A DNA stretch of 64,000 bases. Source: Callorhinchus milii. Its lineage: Eukaryota. A program made the translations under genes and the position numbers. The stretch is taken from assembly GCF_018977255.1 (NCBI RefSeq), contig NW_024704743.1, positions 46,316,001 to 46,380,000 on the forward strand, written 5' to 3'. The notes below the pieces were generated by a model. That model worked only from the letters and a program-made list of their open reading frames with translations. It was not told the origin of the DNA and did not search any database. Below, piece after piece: positions 35,901 through 49,342 of the stretch (positions are counted from its first letter, which is position 1; each line of letters starts with the position of its first letter).

Positions 35901-38900
35901 TTAATAATGCGATCTCTTTCTTCTAACCTTTACAATTCTCAGAGTAGACATATGCCACTGTTTGAATTCATCTGGGACTGCAACGAGGGGCAGAAGATAT
36001 AGATCTGGGGCCCAATCAAGGTAGATCAAAATGACATCTTTTTGGTCTTGCAATTCAATCAAAAATGGGATGAATGGTGCATTGCACTCTGAATTTACAT
36101 TGCTATCGGAGACAACATTTCCAAATGCTTATAGTTTGAAAGCGATACAACATAAAGTGAATGTTGGATGTAAGCCAGCATGCTGGTTTGGACCTGGTTC
36201 TGGCATTCTTTTCATGGTAATTATTGACCCCCATTTCCTCCATAAATGAGGACCATTAAAGTCTTTGCACAAACTGAAAACCTGGGTTTTGTCAGGGGTC
36301 TATTTGTGTCACAAGGACTAGAGAAAATCTGGCGTGGGGGGAATTTGGTACAAAATCCTGGATAAATTCAGTGAAAATCTTTCTTTGCTGTGTCCTCTCA
36401 TTCTGTCTCTCTTTAAATGTCAAATGTCAATTCACTATTTATGAATCAAATTAGGGATAGTATTATTTTGTTGCAAATTGACCTTGACGAAGAAACACAA
36501 GTACTTTTCAGTAGAAATCGGTAAAACTAACTTAAATTATCCTTATCCATACATTTACATTTAGCAGTTCATGATCATAAACTGCTGTCATAGACATTAT
36601 TGGAACCTGTTCTTCTGAAGGTAACTTTTATTTACAAGTTTTCCTTATTTCCTCCTTCAGTGTCTTCTCTCTCTCTCTCTCTCCCCCACTCCTCTCGGCC
36701 ATGGTCAGGCCTGCAGGTTTCCACTTGTTTCTGAGAGCAGCGTTTTAGTATGGTTACAAGTAGGACACAGTCTTGCCTGAAGCCATACCCAGTAAAGCAG
36801 CACTTGATTGCTGGCTCCAGGTCAAATAAAAAGAATTGGGAGCATGATCACTGAGCCAAGATGGGAAACCAAGCTCGTGGCATATTTGTTTGAAAAGACA
36901 ACATCTTGCATTTATATAATGCCCCTCAAGTGTCTCTGAACACTGAAGACAAATCACTGTGCCAGAGCCAGGGAGAGGCGGGAGAGGGGAGAAAGAGCTC
37001 ATTGCAAAAGACAAACGTAGCTTTGATCACAATTTTTGACTAGTCGATTAATCTGTTAATTCACGAACAGGATGTGTTTTGAAACACTGCAATTTCTCCT
37101 AGATTTATTTGAAATGTCCCTTGTCCTTCTGTGTTTCTTTTTTTGAAAATCCTTGCATTAATTTTGAGCTTTAAACTTCACTGAAATATGTTGAAGAGCT
37201 TCACAGATTTCCTGTGAGTTTGTAGGCCAATTTGCACACAAATTGTCCCACAAACAACTATAAAGTGACTGACCATTTTTTATCTGAGAGATTTGGCGTG
37301 CCCTATGTACCAACAAGAGTACTTGTTGGTTTTAGTTCTGTACAGACAAATTTGAAACGTTTCCTAAAAAGTGTCTGTCAGTATCTGAGTTGCTTTGTAA
37401 CGAGTCAGACAAGGTCTAGCTAGTTGATATTTGCAGCTTTAGTGTTCCTAACTTGTGTGAAATTGAAATTAATTCCAGTCTGGATTGGAATGAAAACATA
37501 TTTATTAAAATTAAAAATGTAGTTTTTTAAAATAATGTTCAAGCCTTCGGATTAGAAAGGATACTCGAAAAGGCTGCTACAGAAACCATAAGCTCTTGGA
37601 ACACATTATTTCATAAAAACAAATTCATGAGCAAGTTTGCACATCAGTGCTATGTTTGTTAAAAGATTTAATTTGCTGTGTAAATGGTTCTTTTAATCAG
37701 CAATCAATCTAGTTCCTGTGTAATGGTGTAGTTGTGGTTGTGGCACTTTGTGCCTGTGTAGTGACTCAGTAATGCTGAGCTGTGAATCTCTCATTTCAGA
37801 TAAAGAGGGATTTGCCACCACACACATCTTCGGTCAGGGTCATAGCCCGTTGTAATAAGCCTAGGTTTTTTTAAAATTGAGAAACCAAGGAAAGGGCTAA
37901 AGGGCTATAGAGCTCTCAACACTGAGGTCCAGAAGAGAAGATGGGATATATCAAGCCTGTTAGAGTGAGCGAGAATGGTAAAGACAGGAATACATTCAGA
38001 TGTTTAAAATAATAATAATCCTTAAGTTTAGGCATTCAATATATATCATTGAATGCCTATAACATTGGAATGTCTTAAAGAGCTTTACATGTACAAGGCT
38101 CTATATCAGTGTAAATTGTTGCTAAAAGGAGTAAATTATTTGGATTGGGTTTTTTTTGTGTGAGTTGCACTTTTCAATTTGAGCTATAGAAAAGGTTATT
38201 AGCAGAACAATGAGGGGAGAGGTTAGAGGGAATTTCTTCTCTCAGAGGGTTGTTGGGTTTGGAATTCATTACTACAAGTGGCAAGATTGGGACAAGATCA
38301 ATACAATCATTCTGAAGGGAGTGGGATAAGCACCTGAGTGGTCAGGATTTGAAGGGATTAAAAAAATTATTCAGTGTCAAAGACATGATGGGAGAATGGG
38401 TTTCCATGCAAACAATTTCAAACATTGTGGTAATTAATTGAAATAGAGAAAGGCAAAAGAGGAGGAGAGAGGCCACCTATCAGCTGAGAGACTTATCTTA
38501 CGCTCTGGCAAGACGTGTGCAAGGAGGTCCTGATTATAATAATAATCCTTGCCTTTGATATAGTGCCTCATCATGTCATTGAGATGTCTCAAAGCGCTTC
38601 ACAGAATATACTGTAAAGTGAATCGACTGTACATTTTGTGGGCAAAACACGGGAGCCAATTGTGCACAGCAGTGTCCCACAAACAGTTATAAATTATCCA
38701 CTGCAGACATGGGAACAGTAAAATGTTGATCTTCACAGAAAGTTGAGAGTTGTTGAACGGAAAATATGTGTTTGACACCAAAGAGGAAACCCAATGTCTT
38801 GGGCCACAGTTAGCAATGAAAATGATGTGAGTTCCATTTTTAGATGAGGCAATAGTGAGGCAAAAATATCATCAGATGAAGACGACTGAAGCTATTAAAA

Positions 38901-40844
38901 GCTTGAGATGAGGGACATGAAGTTCTTGAAGAGTTGAAAGAAACAAGTTTCATTGCCTTATTGGAGGGCATGGAAGAAATCATGATTCAATCGTTCCACT
39001 GTTGGATTGAAGGGAAGTGGCCACATACAATGCAATAGTCTGTAAAGTCAGCAGCAGCATATTAGAATAGAGATCTCAATGCACCAATAACCTGCGATTT
39101 GTCAAGCTCTTGGAGACATCCTTCGGAAGTGAAAGAGGCTAAAGAAATATAAATTGTATTTATTCCTCAAGAATAAAGGGTTGATTGGTCCAATATGCAC
39201 CATGTTTGGGTTATTCTATTTGTTATGCCTTTGACCTCATCTGGGGCTCTGGTTTGACATCCAGCTTGAAACTAGATCTCAGAAAAGATTCATACAGATT
39301 ATTAATGCAAAAATACAAGAAAAGCATAGTGGCAGTGCATGCAGCAACAGGAAAAGAACCTTTTTAGCGATTCTCTTCGGTGCTTAACCATATTGATCTA
39401 ATTGGCTATTCATCTCGTTTGTAGGACTTTGCTGCTTCAATGTGCTTTTCTTCAAAACAACATTCACTTAATTTCTGAGTCATTTCATTTTGTGAAGTGT
39501 TTTGAGGCATTTTGTTTACATTAAAGGAGCTACATAAATGTAAGTTGTTGCCTTTGAGATGGAATGAAGAGTAACCTCAAAAGTTAATGGCAACTGTCTG
39601 TGTAGACGTCAGCACTGCCTCATTCATACATGCACCCCTCATTGGTCAGAGTACTATAATATAAACTGGTTCTGTATTACACTCTGTTTTTTCCAGCAAT
39701 CTCGCATACCCAGTGGATTTTGTTGGGTCGAACCTGTGGTTATTCTATTGAATCCAAACCTGCTTTCCAATTGCTAAACTCTTTCCTATTCACTTCAGCA
39801 ACTACACAGCTTTCTGCATAACTCGTAACAGGAAATGACTCATACCTGGAGATTGTTAGCCAGGTCATTCTCTTCCAGACAAAGCAATGCCAAAGAGCTA
39901 ATTCAGTGTACAGTAATTGCTGGAAAATTACAAGAATAGTGTGCATTGTTTTGCCCACAAAATACACAGTCAATCCACTTTACATTATATTATGTGAACC
40001 GGTTTGAGACGTCTGAAAGACGTGATAAGGTGCTATATCAAATACAAGGATTTTTTTATTATTTCTTGTTTGTAAATAAATGTGGCACTTTTACCAGAGA
40101 AATAATCCCTTAGTCCAGCTACTCCTGCCTGACTCTGCTTTGTTTGTAGGTTAGCTACAGTGATAGACAGTAGATCAATTTGATCACATCTGCCATGGCG
40201 CTCTGCTCTGCCTGGGTAACTAGTTAAAGCCGGTTCAGCGATGGATGCAATGCCTTTATCCAGCAAGCTTGTTATTGTACTTACCATTAAAATAGCTGGG
40301 GTCCCCAAACCTTGACTCTTGCCAACCTGCACTTAATACTCTCTGGAATTAGCTAAGCAGGGTGCATCCCTTTCGGGAGAGAGTGTACATTTCATCTCAG
40401 ATGTAAGTCACATGCATATGTAAAACTCTCGGTCTGGTTTGGATACTCTTAAGAAGGATGATAGGTTTCAGCTAGTGTCAGACACCTGCTGACAAAGAAT
40501 AAATGACCTTAATTTGAAAGTAACTTTCATATTCTCTATTGGTATTGCTCAGTGTGAATGTGAGCCACGCAAAGCAAGAAAGCCCCAAGTTTAATCTCTG
40601 TTTCTGTGTTTAAAATTAGCTGTTGTCACCCATGCTGAGCACTCCTGGATTTAGGTAAGGGAAAAAATCAGCCAAGTGACCTTCTGGTCAATACCATTAA
40701 CCATGCTGGAAAGTGCATGCATATGAATGTTGGATGAGAATGGTTTACCAATTGATGTTTTCTAACCACTGTCTTTACTGCTCAAGTCATTTCCAGTATT
40801 TGTATTTATTCAGTGAAAAGTTTGGTCTAATATTGTGCCAAGAG

Positions 40845-41228
40845 TCAGCCTCTGAGTCAGAAAGTTGTGGGTTCAAGCCCAATGTTGGGACTTTGAATTT
40901 ACATAATCTTGGCTAATACTCCAGTACAGTGCTAGTGGAGCACTGCATGTTAGGAGGTGTCATTCTTCAGATGTAATGTTAAATCAAGATCTGTCTGCCT
41001 GTTCAAATGGATGTCAAAGATCCCTTGGCACTATTCGAAAAGAGAATGCAGTTTTTCCCAGTGTCCGGGCCAATAGTGATTCTCCAAATAAAATTGTTTG
41101 TGGGACAATTGGCTGCTGTATTCGCTTACACAATTCACAGTGACTACTCTTTACAATAAATCCTGTAAAGCAATTTTAGACATCTTCCCGATGTGAAAGG
41201 CACAATATCAAAAGCAAGTTTTATTATT
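40845..41228 (+). mobile_element. SacSINE1-like DeuSINE
   Basis: GCCTCTGAGTCAGAAAGTTGTGGGTTCAAGCCC; AAAGATCCCTTGGCACTATTCGAA; tail. Confidence 0.8.
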
Positions 41229-41984
41229 ACATATATTTCTGAATTAACTAATTATGGTACCTAAGATAATGTGATTCCAGTTTTGACATTGGTAATTGAG
41301 TGGTGGATAGTTCCACCCATAAGAACATCACAAACATGGAATGACAACAGACCCTTTAATTCACAAAATCCACTTCTTCCAAGGAGAATGAAAAACAACA
41401 ACAACAAATTGTATTTACAGTAGCCCCCGGCTTACCAACTCTGGGTATTTGGAATTCGAACCTAGCCAACCGGACCCAAAACCTAACATTTAAAAAATAG
41501 TCTGTGGGCCTGCGAGCATATAGACTCCAGCCCAACCCCCACCTCACCATCTTTGCTGACCTTCAATGGCCAGGCAGGGTTATCGACTTTGACTCAGATT
41601 GTTTGAATTCCGTGAGCAGAAAACAGCAGGATTCAGATAATTACAATACTGGGACTGGCATTTTTGAAAATAGCTGGTAAATGCCAGTACCGGCATTGTA
41701 CTTACACTTAGCTGGGAATTCTGGCTCGCTGGACCAGATTCGCTCCCCCATTAGATGCTTAACAGTTGAGGGTTTACACCCAAGCTGGGAGTTGGATTTG
41801 AGAGGAGTGAGACCAGAGAGGTGGTGGTAGGAAGATGCCTACAAAACAGTGTGCCCTGTGGAGCTTTTTAGGGGAAGTGGGTGTGGAAGAGGGGCAAGAA
41901 TTGAAAATCATAAGCTTCCTTGTCATCCTGCAAGGTTCTTCAATCCATCTGATCTCATCCTTTCAGGACACCCATTCTATTATC

Positions 41985-42530
41985 CTCCCATTAGAGCATC
42001 AAACTGTTTTTAAATGAGTCTAACCATCCTGGTCTCAACCACACTTTCTGGTAATCTGTTCCAGTGGTTAATTATCCTCTGGGTAAAGAAATATTTCCTG
42101 GATTTGTCTTGAAATTGCCATTGGCAACCTTAAACCTGTGACCTGGTGTTCTGCTGCATCCATGTATTCCAAAGTATTGTTCTGGATCTGCTTTCTCAAT
42201 TTCATTTAAAATCTTGTGTGCCTCTAAGGCCCCGAAATGTCTGCTTTCCTTGTTGTTCTTCTCTGCCCTGCCTCTAGGGCCTGGGTAGTCCCTTGTGTAA
42301 TGGTGACCAGAATTGTGCAGTACTCTAAGTGCAGCCTGAACAGAGAACTATACAGCTTGAGTATGATTTCTTTTAAATCAACCGATTGCTCCGCATCCTG
42401 TTTGCCTTGTTTATTGCTGCCTCACACTGCTTTGACGGTGAGCAATGAGTCAACTAACATCCCTAGATCTTTTTCAGCTTCTCCCCTAGCAAAATCAGTC
42501 CCATCCATGGAGTAGATTATTTTGCATTTA
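41985..42530 (-). mobile_element. Decayed CR1 fragment
   Basis: CCAGAATTGTGCAGTACTCTAAGTGCAGCCT (reverse reads RLHLEYCTIL); TTCCAGTGGTTAATTATCCTCTGGGTAAAGAA. Confidence 0.75.
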
Positions 42531-44062
42531 TCTTTCTTGACCTTAAATTCTGAGCACTTTACAAAGACTGAGTGTGAGCAAGGGCTTGAGGCGGGAGTAG
42601 GGGAGAGGTGTCCAAAAGTATAGTCAAAGAGGTAGGTCTTTTGGCAAGATCATAACTTCATCTATCATAAAATATAGTGAATATGGACAAGTAAAAAAGC
42701 CCATTGTGGTCCAATTCTGAAAGTGGCTATTTGAGAAATCCTTTTATGAACACTGCAATTTCAACCTCAATATGAATACATACATTCCATTTCAGTGAGA
42801 TTGCAGTAACAAAGCCCTTGCGTCAGTGTGTAATTCCTAGAATCAAGAGCTGCTGGTTCTCCAACTTTTGGAGACAATTCCTTTCTCATGCATTAAACAT
42901 GAGCAAAAGTAGCCTTGGGTGCGGAGGAGGGGGAGGATCACTTTTTCCTGGAAAATCGTTCCTGCCCCATGTGCATATTGATTTTAATGGAAAATAAATT
43001 TGTTGTTTTAATTCCAACAGATGGTTTCAATCTCAAATGTACCGTCAAAGGTTAAGATTCCAGAGACGGTCTTGCAGACCAGATACTGAAAGGCAGTCTC
43101 TATTTCCGCTCGTGCAGTGTAATTTTTTAAAGCTATTTGTTTATCTTCCAATATTACATTTTCTTTTGGATCATTAATTATGATGTCCATTGGCAGGAAT
43201 AATATTTATATATTTATTCAGCATGTTTTAACTCTGTGAGGATTTGATGTTTGTTATTTCTTGGTACATGTCATGCACTGATCCACAAAGCATACAGTAA
43301 TACCCATGTCTATACCGTCTATACTGGATTATTCTTTGCAATTAGACAATAGCCTTTCCTTTAAATATTTAGCATAAATGTCATTGTACTTTTAATCAGA
43401 TTTTTCTTATTGTGTTCATTCGCATCATAATTATGCCACTGATGAAGTTACTGTTTGATATATTATTGGTGAGCTGGGTATCTGAGACACGTGGAAACCC
43501 ATCACCATGCTTAAGAGTATACAAACCAACTGAGAGCTCCATGCATCTCACCTACACATAGAAATTCCCAAGATATTTATTGGAATGAAATGCGCACTCT
43601 CTCCCTATAGGAATGAATCCTGCTTCCCTAATTCCAGAAAGTATTAGGTGAATAGGCAAAATCCAAGACTTGGAGACCCCAGAGAGTGCATTGGGTTACC
43701 AACCAGCTAAAACCGCAAAGCTTGCCATTTAAAGCACTATCTGGCATGCTTTCCCGCTGCTTGTTAGGGCTTTGGCTTGCAGGGTTAATGGGAGCTGAGT
43801 GGGAAAAGACCCTGTCCCCACTTACTGGTCTAACCTTCCTGCCAATAAGCCAGCCTGTCTGTGCTGTCACCAGAAGTGCCCTGGAATATTGAAGATGCCT
43901 TTGGTCTTCCCCCCCACCCTCTTAAGGCTCCCATCCCACCCCAGTCAGCAGTATGAAGTACTTTGAAACATCTTCTTAAAGTCTTCCCAATGTGAAAGGA
44001 GCTATATAAATGCGAATTGTGTTGAATTGTGTCTCTATAACGGATTGACAGATCATTTTTCT

Positions 44063-45049
44063 GGTGATAACAATTCCCCCAAAAAACAATAAAAGTCACT
44101 CAATCCCCGACTGTTTGTGGGACACTGCTGTGCGCAATTGGCTGCTGCATTTTGCCCACAAATACAACAAGAAGATTGCATTTATAGAGCGCCTTTCACA
44201 TCGGGAGGACGTCCCAAGGCGCTGGACAGTTGGGTCGGGACTCGAGCAGGGGGGAAATGGTCAAGGTGAGGGGCGGGAAGGGAGGGAGCGAGGAGGGGGT
44301 AGAGAGTCGAGAGGGGAGCTGAAGGCACGGTTGAAGAGAAAGGTCTTGAGACCGGCCTTGAAGGAGGAAAGGGAGGAGGCGGCGAAGGCACTGGGGGATT
44401 GAGTTCCAGAGCCTAGGGGCTGAGAGGTTGAAAGCCCGGCCACCGATGGTAGGGCGGTTAGGGCGGGGGATATGGAGCAGACCGGAGCCAGAGGAACGGA
44501 GGGTACCGGCAGGTACGTGGGGGGAATAGTAGGTTGGAGAGGTAGGAGGGAGCAAGGCTGTGAATGGCCTTGTAGGTGAGGATGAGGATCTTGAATTCGA
44601 TCCTCTGGGAGATGGGGAGCCAGTGGAGGCGAGCGAGGTGGGAGTGATGTGGTCCCGAAGCCTGGTGCGGGACAGTACACGAGCTGCAGAGTTCTGAATG
44701 ACCTGCAGCTTGTGGAGGGAGGTGCCGGGAAGGCCGACGAGGAGAGAGTTCCCGTAGTCCAGCCTTGAGGTGATAAAGGCGTGGACCAGTGTTTCAGCAG
44801 CGTGAGGGGCGAGGTAGTGCCGTAGTCTGGCGACGTTCCGGAGGTGGTGGAAGGCGGTGCCAGTTGTGGCGCGGATGTGGGGAAGAAAGGACAGCTCAGG
44901 GTCGAACAGAACACCAAGGTTCCTGACTGGCTTTGAGAGGTGGAGAGTGCAGCCTTGGATCAATTCACTTTACAGTATATTCTGTGAAGCGCTTTGAGAC
45001 GTCTAGAAGATGTGAAAAGCGCTATATTAAATCCAAGGATTATTATTAT
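44063..45049 (+). mobile_element. 5'-truncated SINE split in two by the L2 at 44165-44961
   Basis: ...GCCCACAAATA | L2 | CAATTCACTTTACAG... rejoins into the SINE consensus seen at 18800-18940. Confidence 0.88.
44165..44961 (-). mobile_element. Young L2 LINE 3' fragment inserted into a SINE
   Basis: 255-aa ORF with VRNLGVLFDPELSF, LVHAFITSRLDYGN. Tail at 44165. CpG-rich and close to the 62888 copy. Confidence 0.95.
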
Positions 45050-45834
45050 AACATACGGTCCTCAAATTATGTCTGTACAACAAACTTACTTTGAACTGAT
45101 GTTCTACAACAGATATATCTATGATTCTATGGCACACATACTTCAAATAAATATTCTATGACATTCATACCCTCAAACCCTCATAATCACACTTAAAACA
45201 CAAACTATCTATAGCATGTGCAATATGAAATGTGCCAGTAGTATAGTATTGTACAGCAACGAGTGAATTGTTTCTTAGGCTCATTGGATTAATCTGACTT
45301 TCATTATTTGTCAGGAAACAGCTTTGAAGGGCTATTTCTTTTGTAAAACAGAATTCCATTGAAGAAAACAGATAGTGAACAGCAAATCTTATTATGCTAT
45401 CTTTATATTTTTATCAGGCGAACTTGGCTGGAATCGAAAACATCTGTGAGCGTCACCATGTTTCATTTTTGAAAAGCTTTATCATTTGGATGTTGAGAGA
45501 AATTTGTCCTGTTCATAAATCACCAGATGATATTTAATAACATTACATGAGTGTAATGTTTGCTTTTGAAATTCACTTGTGTAAGATGATCTGATCTACA
45601 CTGATTTTAGACTTCATTAAAGAATGGTGCTGGAGTCTAGTATTCTACGTATGGTAAATTTTCATCAGCTATCAGATTCTGTTGTAAGGCTTCAAGTTCT
45701 ACATTATGCAGCAGAGACATTATCCACATTTATTGGGACCGACCCATTGTGGATATGCAGACCGTGGAGATAACTGAACTATAAGGCTACGGTGCTTGTA
45801 AGTACATTTCTTCATAGCAGAGTCCATTTTGGGT

Positions 45835-45980
45835 TTCAAGAGGGAAGTAGATTGTATGAATGTTGGAGGTTTGAATGGGCATTAGGGTAGGGCAGGACAG
45901 TGGGATTGATTCTGTGACAGCTTGCCCTGAGAGCTGGTGCAGACTCGATGGGCCAAATGAACTCCTTCGGTGTTGCAAAT
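45835..45980 (-). mobile_element. CR1 3' tail
   Basis: CTCGATGGGCCAAATG and TTCAAGAGGGAAGTAGAT CR1-tail motifs. Orientation is uncertain; the motifs may read on +. Confidence 0.5.
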
Positions 45981-46302
45981 TTCTTGCTGTCTCTCCCAAG
46001 TCTCTTTCTCTGTCTCTCCAATTTTCACTTTCTCTATGACTATTTCTGACTCTCTCTCTCTGACTCTTTCCCACTCTCTAACTGTACACTGCTAAAAATA
46101 AAACTTTGTGCTGCCAGCAAAAAACGATTTTCCTGTGCAGTGTGACTAAATTGTGGGGCAAATTATGGGATTGTGTGTTACTTCATGTGTATATGCAACT
46201 GGAATTTTTGTTGTGAATATGATATTCCCAAATTCACTTTCACATCAAAGCCTGATCAGATAAGGACTAGGCAGCTCCCCCCACCCCATCATGTTGTTGT
46301 GA

Positions 46303-46460
46303 TCAGAACTGTCCAGAGTATTCCAGGTGCAGCCTGACCAGAACAATATACAATCTGAGCGTGACTTCTGGGGAATGGGAATTAACTGATTTGGCAATGG
46401 AGCTCAGCATCCTGTTTGTCTTCTTTCTTGCTGCCTTGCAGTGTTTTGATATAATGAATG
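46303..46460 (-). mobile_element. CR1 RT fragment
   Basis: KHCKAARKKTNRML...LRLYIVLVRLHLEYSGQF. Confidence 0.75.
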
Positions 46461-46839
46461 ATGGGTCATTGGGTCTCTTTCTCTTGGTACGTTCCATCCT
46501 ATCCTTGGAGTTTGACATTATTTTTACTTCCATATGCAGCATCTTGGTTTTCCAACTAGAACTATACACGACACTCCAAATGTGATCTAAATCAATGCTT
46601 TTATTTAATTTTAACATCACTTCCGAAATCAACAGTGTGATCAATCGCTATATCAAATGCAAGGATTATTATTATTATTAATAAATAATCTTGGTTTAGA
46701 TCATATTTGGAGTACCTGGCATTTAATACAGCGTCATTCATGTCAGGAGAATGTCTTTAAGTGCTTCACAGAATTTTAATGCAAAGTTTAGTGATTATTT
46801 ACTTTACAGGCTGAACACGGCATTATTGGAGATCACATC

Positions 46840-47090
46840 GTTTGTGTGAGACATTAAACCGAAATCGACCGGTTTTCAGGTGGACGATAAGGACCCATGA
46901 CAATATTCTCAAACAGGAAAATAGTTTCCCCCCTGAGTTTTTGCCAACCATCTTCCAGATTAATTGGTCTTTCACCTCATAGCTTTCTGCAGAACTTTGC
47001 TGCTGTAAGTGGTTGCCACGTTTGTCTCCTAAAACAGTCACTAAACTTGACAGTAATTGTAAAGCAATTTGAGACAATTCAGCGTGATAA
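46840..47090 (+). mobile_element. DeuSINE fragment
   Basis: GAGACATTAAACCGA...CAGGTGGACGATAAGGACCCATG. Confidence 0.6.
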
Positions 47091-47689
47091 AAATTCGAAT
47101 TCTCTCTTTGCCGCTTCTGAAGCCGTGTTGTCTGTCATTTATCAGGTTATGCAAGCAATCTTCCACTTCACTTCTGATTTTGCATGCTGCTGGTGTGTTT
47201 TCATCTGTGTGAGATGGAGTGGGGGTTGGGGGGGAGTGTTGGGGGAATGAGTGGTGGGGGAGGTGAAGTATAAAGAGGAGAAGAATAACACATTATGTGT
47301 ACATTGTATATTCATGAGAACTTGATAAGAAGACAGCTAATGTTGCACAGACAGCTTGGGGGTAAGTCAAACAATTTTATATATTTATACGAGAAGAAAT
47401 AAAGTGAAGAAACAGTTTTAAAAAAATACTAAGTTCTGTCCAACCATTTCGTAATGCAGTATATGACAAAAATGAGCTTGTTTAGATTTGAGAGCTTTTC
47501 TCTATTATGTATTGTGCTCTGTTCTGGAGGACAGAGGAAATATCATATGTGACAGCAACAATTTGCATTTGTATACGGTGCAGCTCCATTATCATGTGCT
47601 TCACTACAGTGCAAATTTTGGACCCCATTCATTGTGATTTCCAGGTGGGGGCAAAGTGGCCAAACGTTCACTCACAAATGGCAAGTGCA

Positions 47690-48060
47690 AGAAGCAGGCC
47701 AGAGTGGGTGGGAGTGACCGGGAGAGGAGGACCACAAGAGATCACCGAGATAGGGGGTGCAAATAGCGCAGGCATTTTAAGGTGAGAACAAAGATCTTAA
47801 AATCAGTTAGCTGGGAGAGAAGAAGCCAGTGGACCAGGCAAGGATTGGATGGTTTAGTGTAGGAGAGGATGAGGACTACAGAGGTCAGGAGAACTCAAAG
47901 CTGGTGACAGAGATGTGGAGGAGGGCTTTGGCTAGTTGGGGTTAAGGTAATATTGGGAGCACACAATGTTGTGGAGATGCAAGTGGCGAACTGGGTCATA
48001 GCCCAGATGAAAGGTTAAATGAGAGTAAGTTGACTGTTGAACAATACACTGGGGTTCCAC
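47690..48060 (-). mobile_element. Highly decayed L2 fragment
   Basis: AAGATCTTAAAATCAG...GAAGCCAGTGGA resembles the reverse complement of the LHWLP..RIDFKIL region. Confidence 0.5.
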
Positions 48061-48993
48061 ACAACAATAAGTTTAGGTGTGAACAACCTCTCCTCTTTCT
48101 TTCACCCCCTTCTCCACCAGCTTTGGCACTTCAGTAGAAACCTGCTGGCTTGTGAAAGAAAAAATGGCATTGAGATTTAAAGTCAGTGGGGGGAGAAAGG
48201 GGAAGGGCGTTAACTTGCAAACCAGTCGCGAAGGACAGGTTTTAAGAATGTTTTCTGTTCATATCATAGTTATCATATCAAGTACCATGTTTCCTCTCTT
48301 CTCTTCCTGCCCCCCCCACCACCCCTTATTATTTGCCTAGTATTCATGCCCACCCAGTTAACTTAATCAATACTGCAGGGTCTAAACCTTGTCTTATTAA
48401 TGTTCAGCAGTTCTGGCACTGTTGGTAAGACCTGTTAGTCCTTCAAAGATTAAGGCCCAATGATAATGAATAGAGCGAAGTAATTCTAATGTGTAACTGC
48501 AGTTATTATTTTATGTCCCAGTTGTAGGAAATGTAATTAGTTAGAATTCTCCACAATATAAATCATTCATACTTGAATTAAATAGTGCATTACAAGATCA
48601 TTTGTATGGGACTGTATATAATTTTTAGTTCTACATGAAAGCCATTATTTTGGAGATTGGAGTTTCAAAAGCACTTCTCAGGTAAGAAGAAACATTGCTG
48701 CCACAAAGTGCTACGTGACATAAATTGTGTCTGTGGCAGTAACTCAGTATACATCACTCTGCTCTCTTCCCCCTCCCCACTCTTCCCTGCACTCTCATCC
48801 CCACCCCATCCCACACCTTCTCCAATGGAGGAGCATACTATGTGTGGCATTTGCCTTTCCCCTGAGAGGTGGTAGAATTGGCTGATGTAAACAGTCCCTG
48901 GTATGACCCCCAAAATCCCCAAATTTTCCATGTCCTTAATAATGCTGGCAGTGTAAAACAAACTGATATTTCAACAGGTTTCTGACTGAACCA

Positions 48994-49034
48994 GTTTGTT
49001 TGTTTGTTTGTTTGTTTATTCATTCATTCATTCA
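48994..49034. repeat. Compound (GTTT)n(ATTC)n microsatellite
   Basis: Direct reading. Confidence 0.9.
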
Positions 49035-49342
49035 GTGCATTTTTCTTCAGATCAGCACCTTTAGAACAGCTGCTTGATAGTGGGGCTAATATTAATATCC
49101 TCTGTTCGTTTTGTTTTAAATTTGTTAAAGTAAAAACCTACTTCTTATGATTCTAATGGATAAAGGGACCTATTTATTCCTTTGGAATTAATTTAACAAC
49201 CTTTGGTATTTGATGTGAATGAATATGGAGAAGCTATTATTGCAAACACTATGGTTTTAAAATCCTTCACTTTCTCTCTTAAGGTTCAAAACAGTTATTT
49301 TCTTTGCTCCAAAGATGCAGTTTAAGGCCCAGCTGTCACACA

